From assembly GCF_001598795.1 (NCBI RefSeq), contig NZ_BCZP01000004.1:210001-242000 (forward strand): a stretch of DNA of 32,000 nt, written 5' to 3'. The DNA is from Delftia acidovorans NBRC 14950. Lineage in GTDB: Bacteria > Pseudomonadota > Gammaproteobacteria > Burkholderiales > Burkholderiaceae_C. The notes under the pieces were generated by a model. The model worked only from the letters and a program-made list of their open reading frames with translations, was not told where the DNA came from and ran no database searches. Both the position numbers and the translations under genes were made by a program. Shown here piece by piece: positions 31,816-32,000 of this stretch (the stretch's first letter is position 1; each line of letters begins with the position of its first letter).

Positions 31816-32000
31816 ATGCAAGCCCTTCCCGAACTCACCCTGCCCCAGATGCTGGCCGAACGCGCGCGCAGCGATGCCCAGCGCGTGGCCATACGGCAAA
31901 AGGACTTCGGCATCTGGAAGCCCACCAGCTGGGCACGCTACCACGAGCGTGCCAGCCACTTCGGGCTGGGCCTGGCGCAGCTGGGCCTGGCGCCAGGCGG
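31816..32000 (+). CDS. AMP-dependent synthetase/ligase (acyl-CoA synthetase), 3' end cut by window edge
   Basis: ATG at 31816. MQALPELTLPQMLAERARSDAQRVAIRQKDFGIWKPTSWARYHERASHFGLGLAQLGLAPG is the typical N-terminus of the long-chain acyl-CoA ligases that accompany this type of Liv-like ABC cluster. The frame is open to the window end. Confidence 0.7.
   Translation, partial: MQALPELTLPQMLAERARSDAQRVAIRQKDFGIWKPTSWARYHERASHFGLGLAQLGLAPG

Noticed and set aside
1-32000. Looked for mobile elements, integrases, toxin-antitoxin pairs, restriction-modification or other phage-defence genes, CRISPR arrays, and tRNA/rRNA genes.
   Set aside because: No ORF shows transposase, integrase, nuclease or helicase signatures. 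There are no spaced direct-repeat arrays and no cloverleaf-like or rRNA-like segments. Composition is uniform apart from short AT-richer promoter gaps (11880-12060, 14194-14389, 24868-25080). The window reads as core chromosome rather than an island.

Overview
High-GC (roughly two-thirds G+C by eye) bacterial chromosomal segment. The gene content looks like a betaproteobacterium of the Comamonadaceae type (Delftia/Acidovorax/Comamonas-like); that taxon call is inference, resting on the Bug/TctC receptor, SorAB sulfite dehydrogenase, an IPTL-CTERM-like tail and REP-like intergenic repeats. The centre is the origin-proximal mnmG(gidA)-rsmG(gidB)-parA-parB partition locus, all on the minus strand. 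It is unusual in having a LysE exporter gene between rsmG and parA and a YdeN/RBBP9-type serine hydrolase gene tightly wedged between parA and parB. Five parS-type sites (TGTTNCACGTGNAACA) can be read directly in or near the locus.

Left flank: CoA transferase (5' partial), Bug-family binding protein, CPG2-like M20 peptidase, MFS transporter with divergent AraC regulator, and an ECF sigma/anti-sigma pair fused to sorA-sorB (periplasmic sulfite dehydrogenase plus cytochrome c).

Downstream of parB, on the same strand, are three envelope genes:
- a CsgG-like lipoprotein with a peptidoglycan-binding domain;
- a 4-TM membrane-anchored SAM methyltransferase;
- a 781-aa autotransporter-passenger-like protein that has no beta-barrel translocator and ends in an IPTL-CTERM-like anchor.
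This trio is the best candidate here for an undescribed surface-display or secretion module, but it is a hypothesis only.

Right flank: FMN reductase, beta-class GST and OYE alkene reductase; a chemoreceptor with a sigma-28-like promoter; a copZ-cueR module with a clear MerR/CueR-type promoter; and a TetR regulator divergent from a LivGHM-K-F-type ABC importer plus an acyl-CoA synthetase (3' partial). The binding-protein gene of that importer carries a frameshift.

I saw no transposases, integrases, CRISPR arrays, tRNA/rRNA genes or recognisable phage-defence genes. Many long ORFs in the six-frame track are Ala/Arg/Gly/Pro-rich antisense shadows typical of high-GC DNA and were not called.
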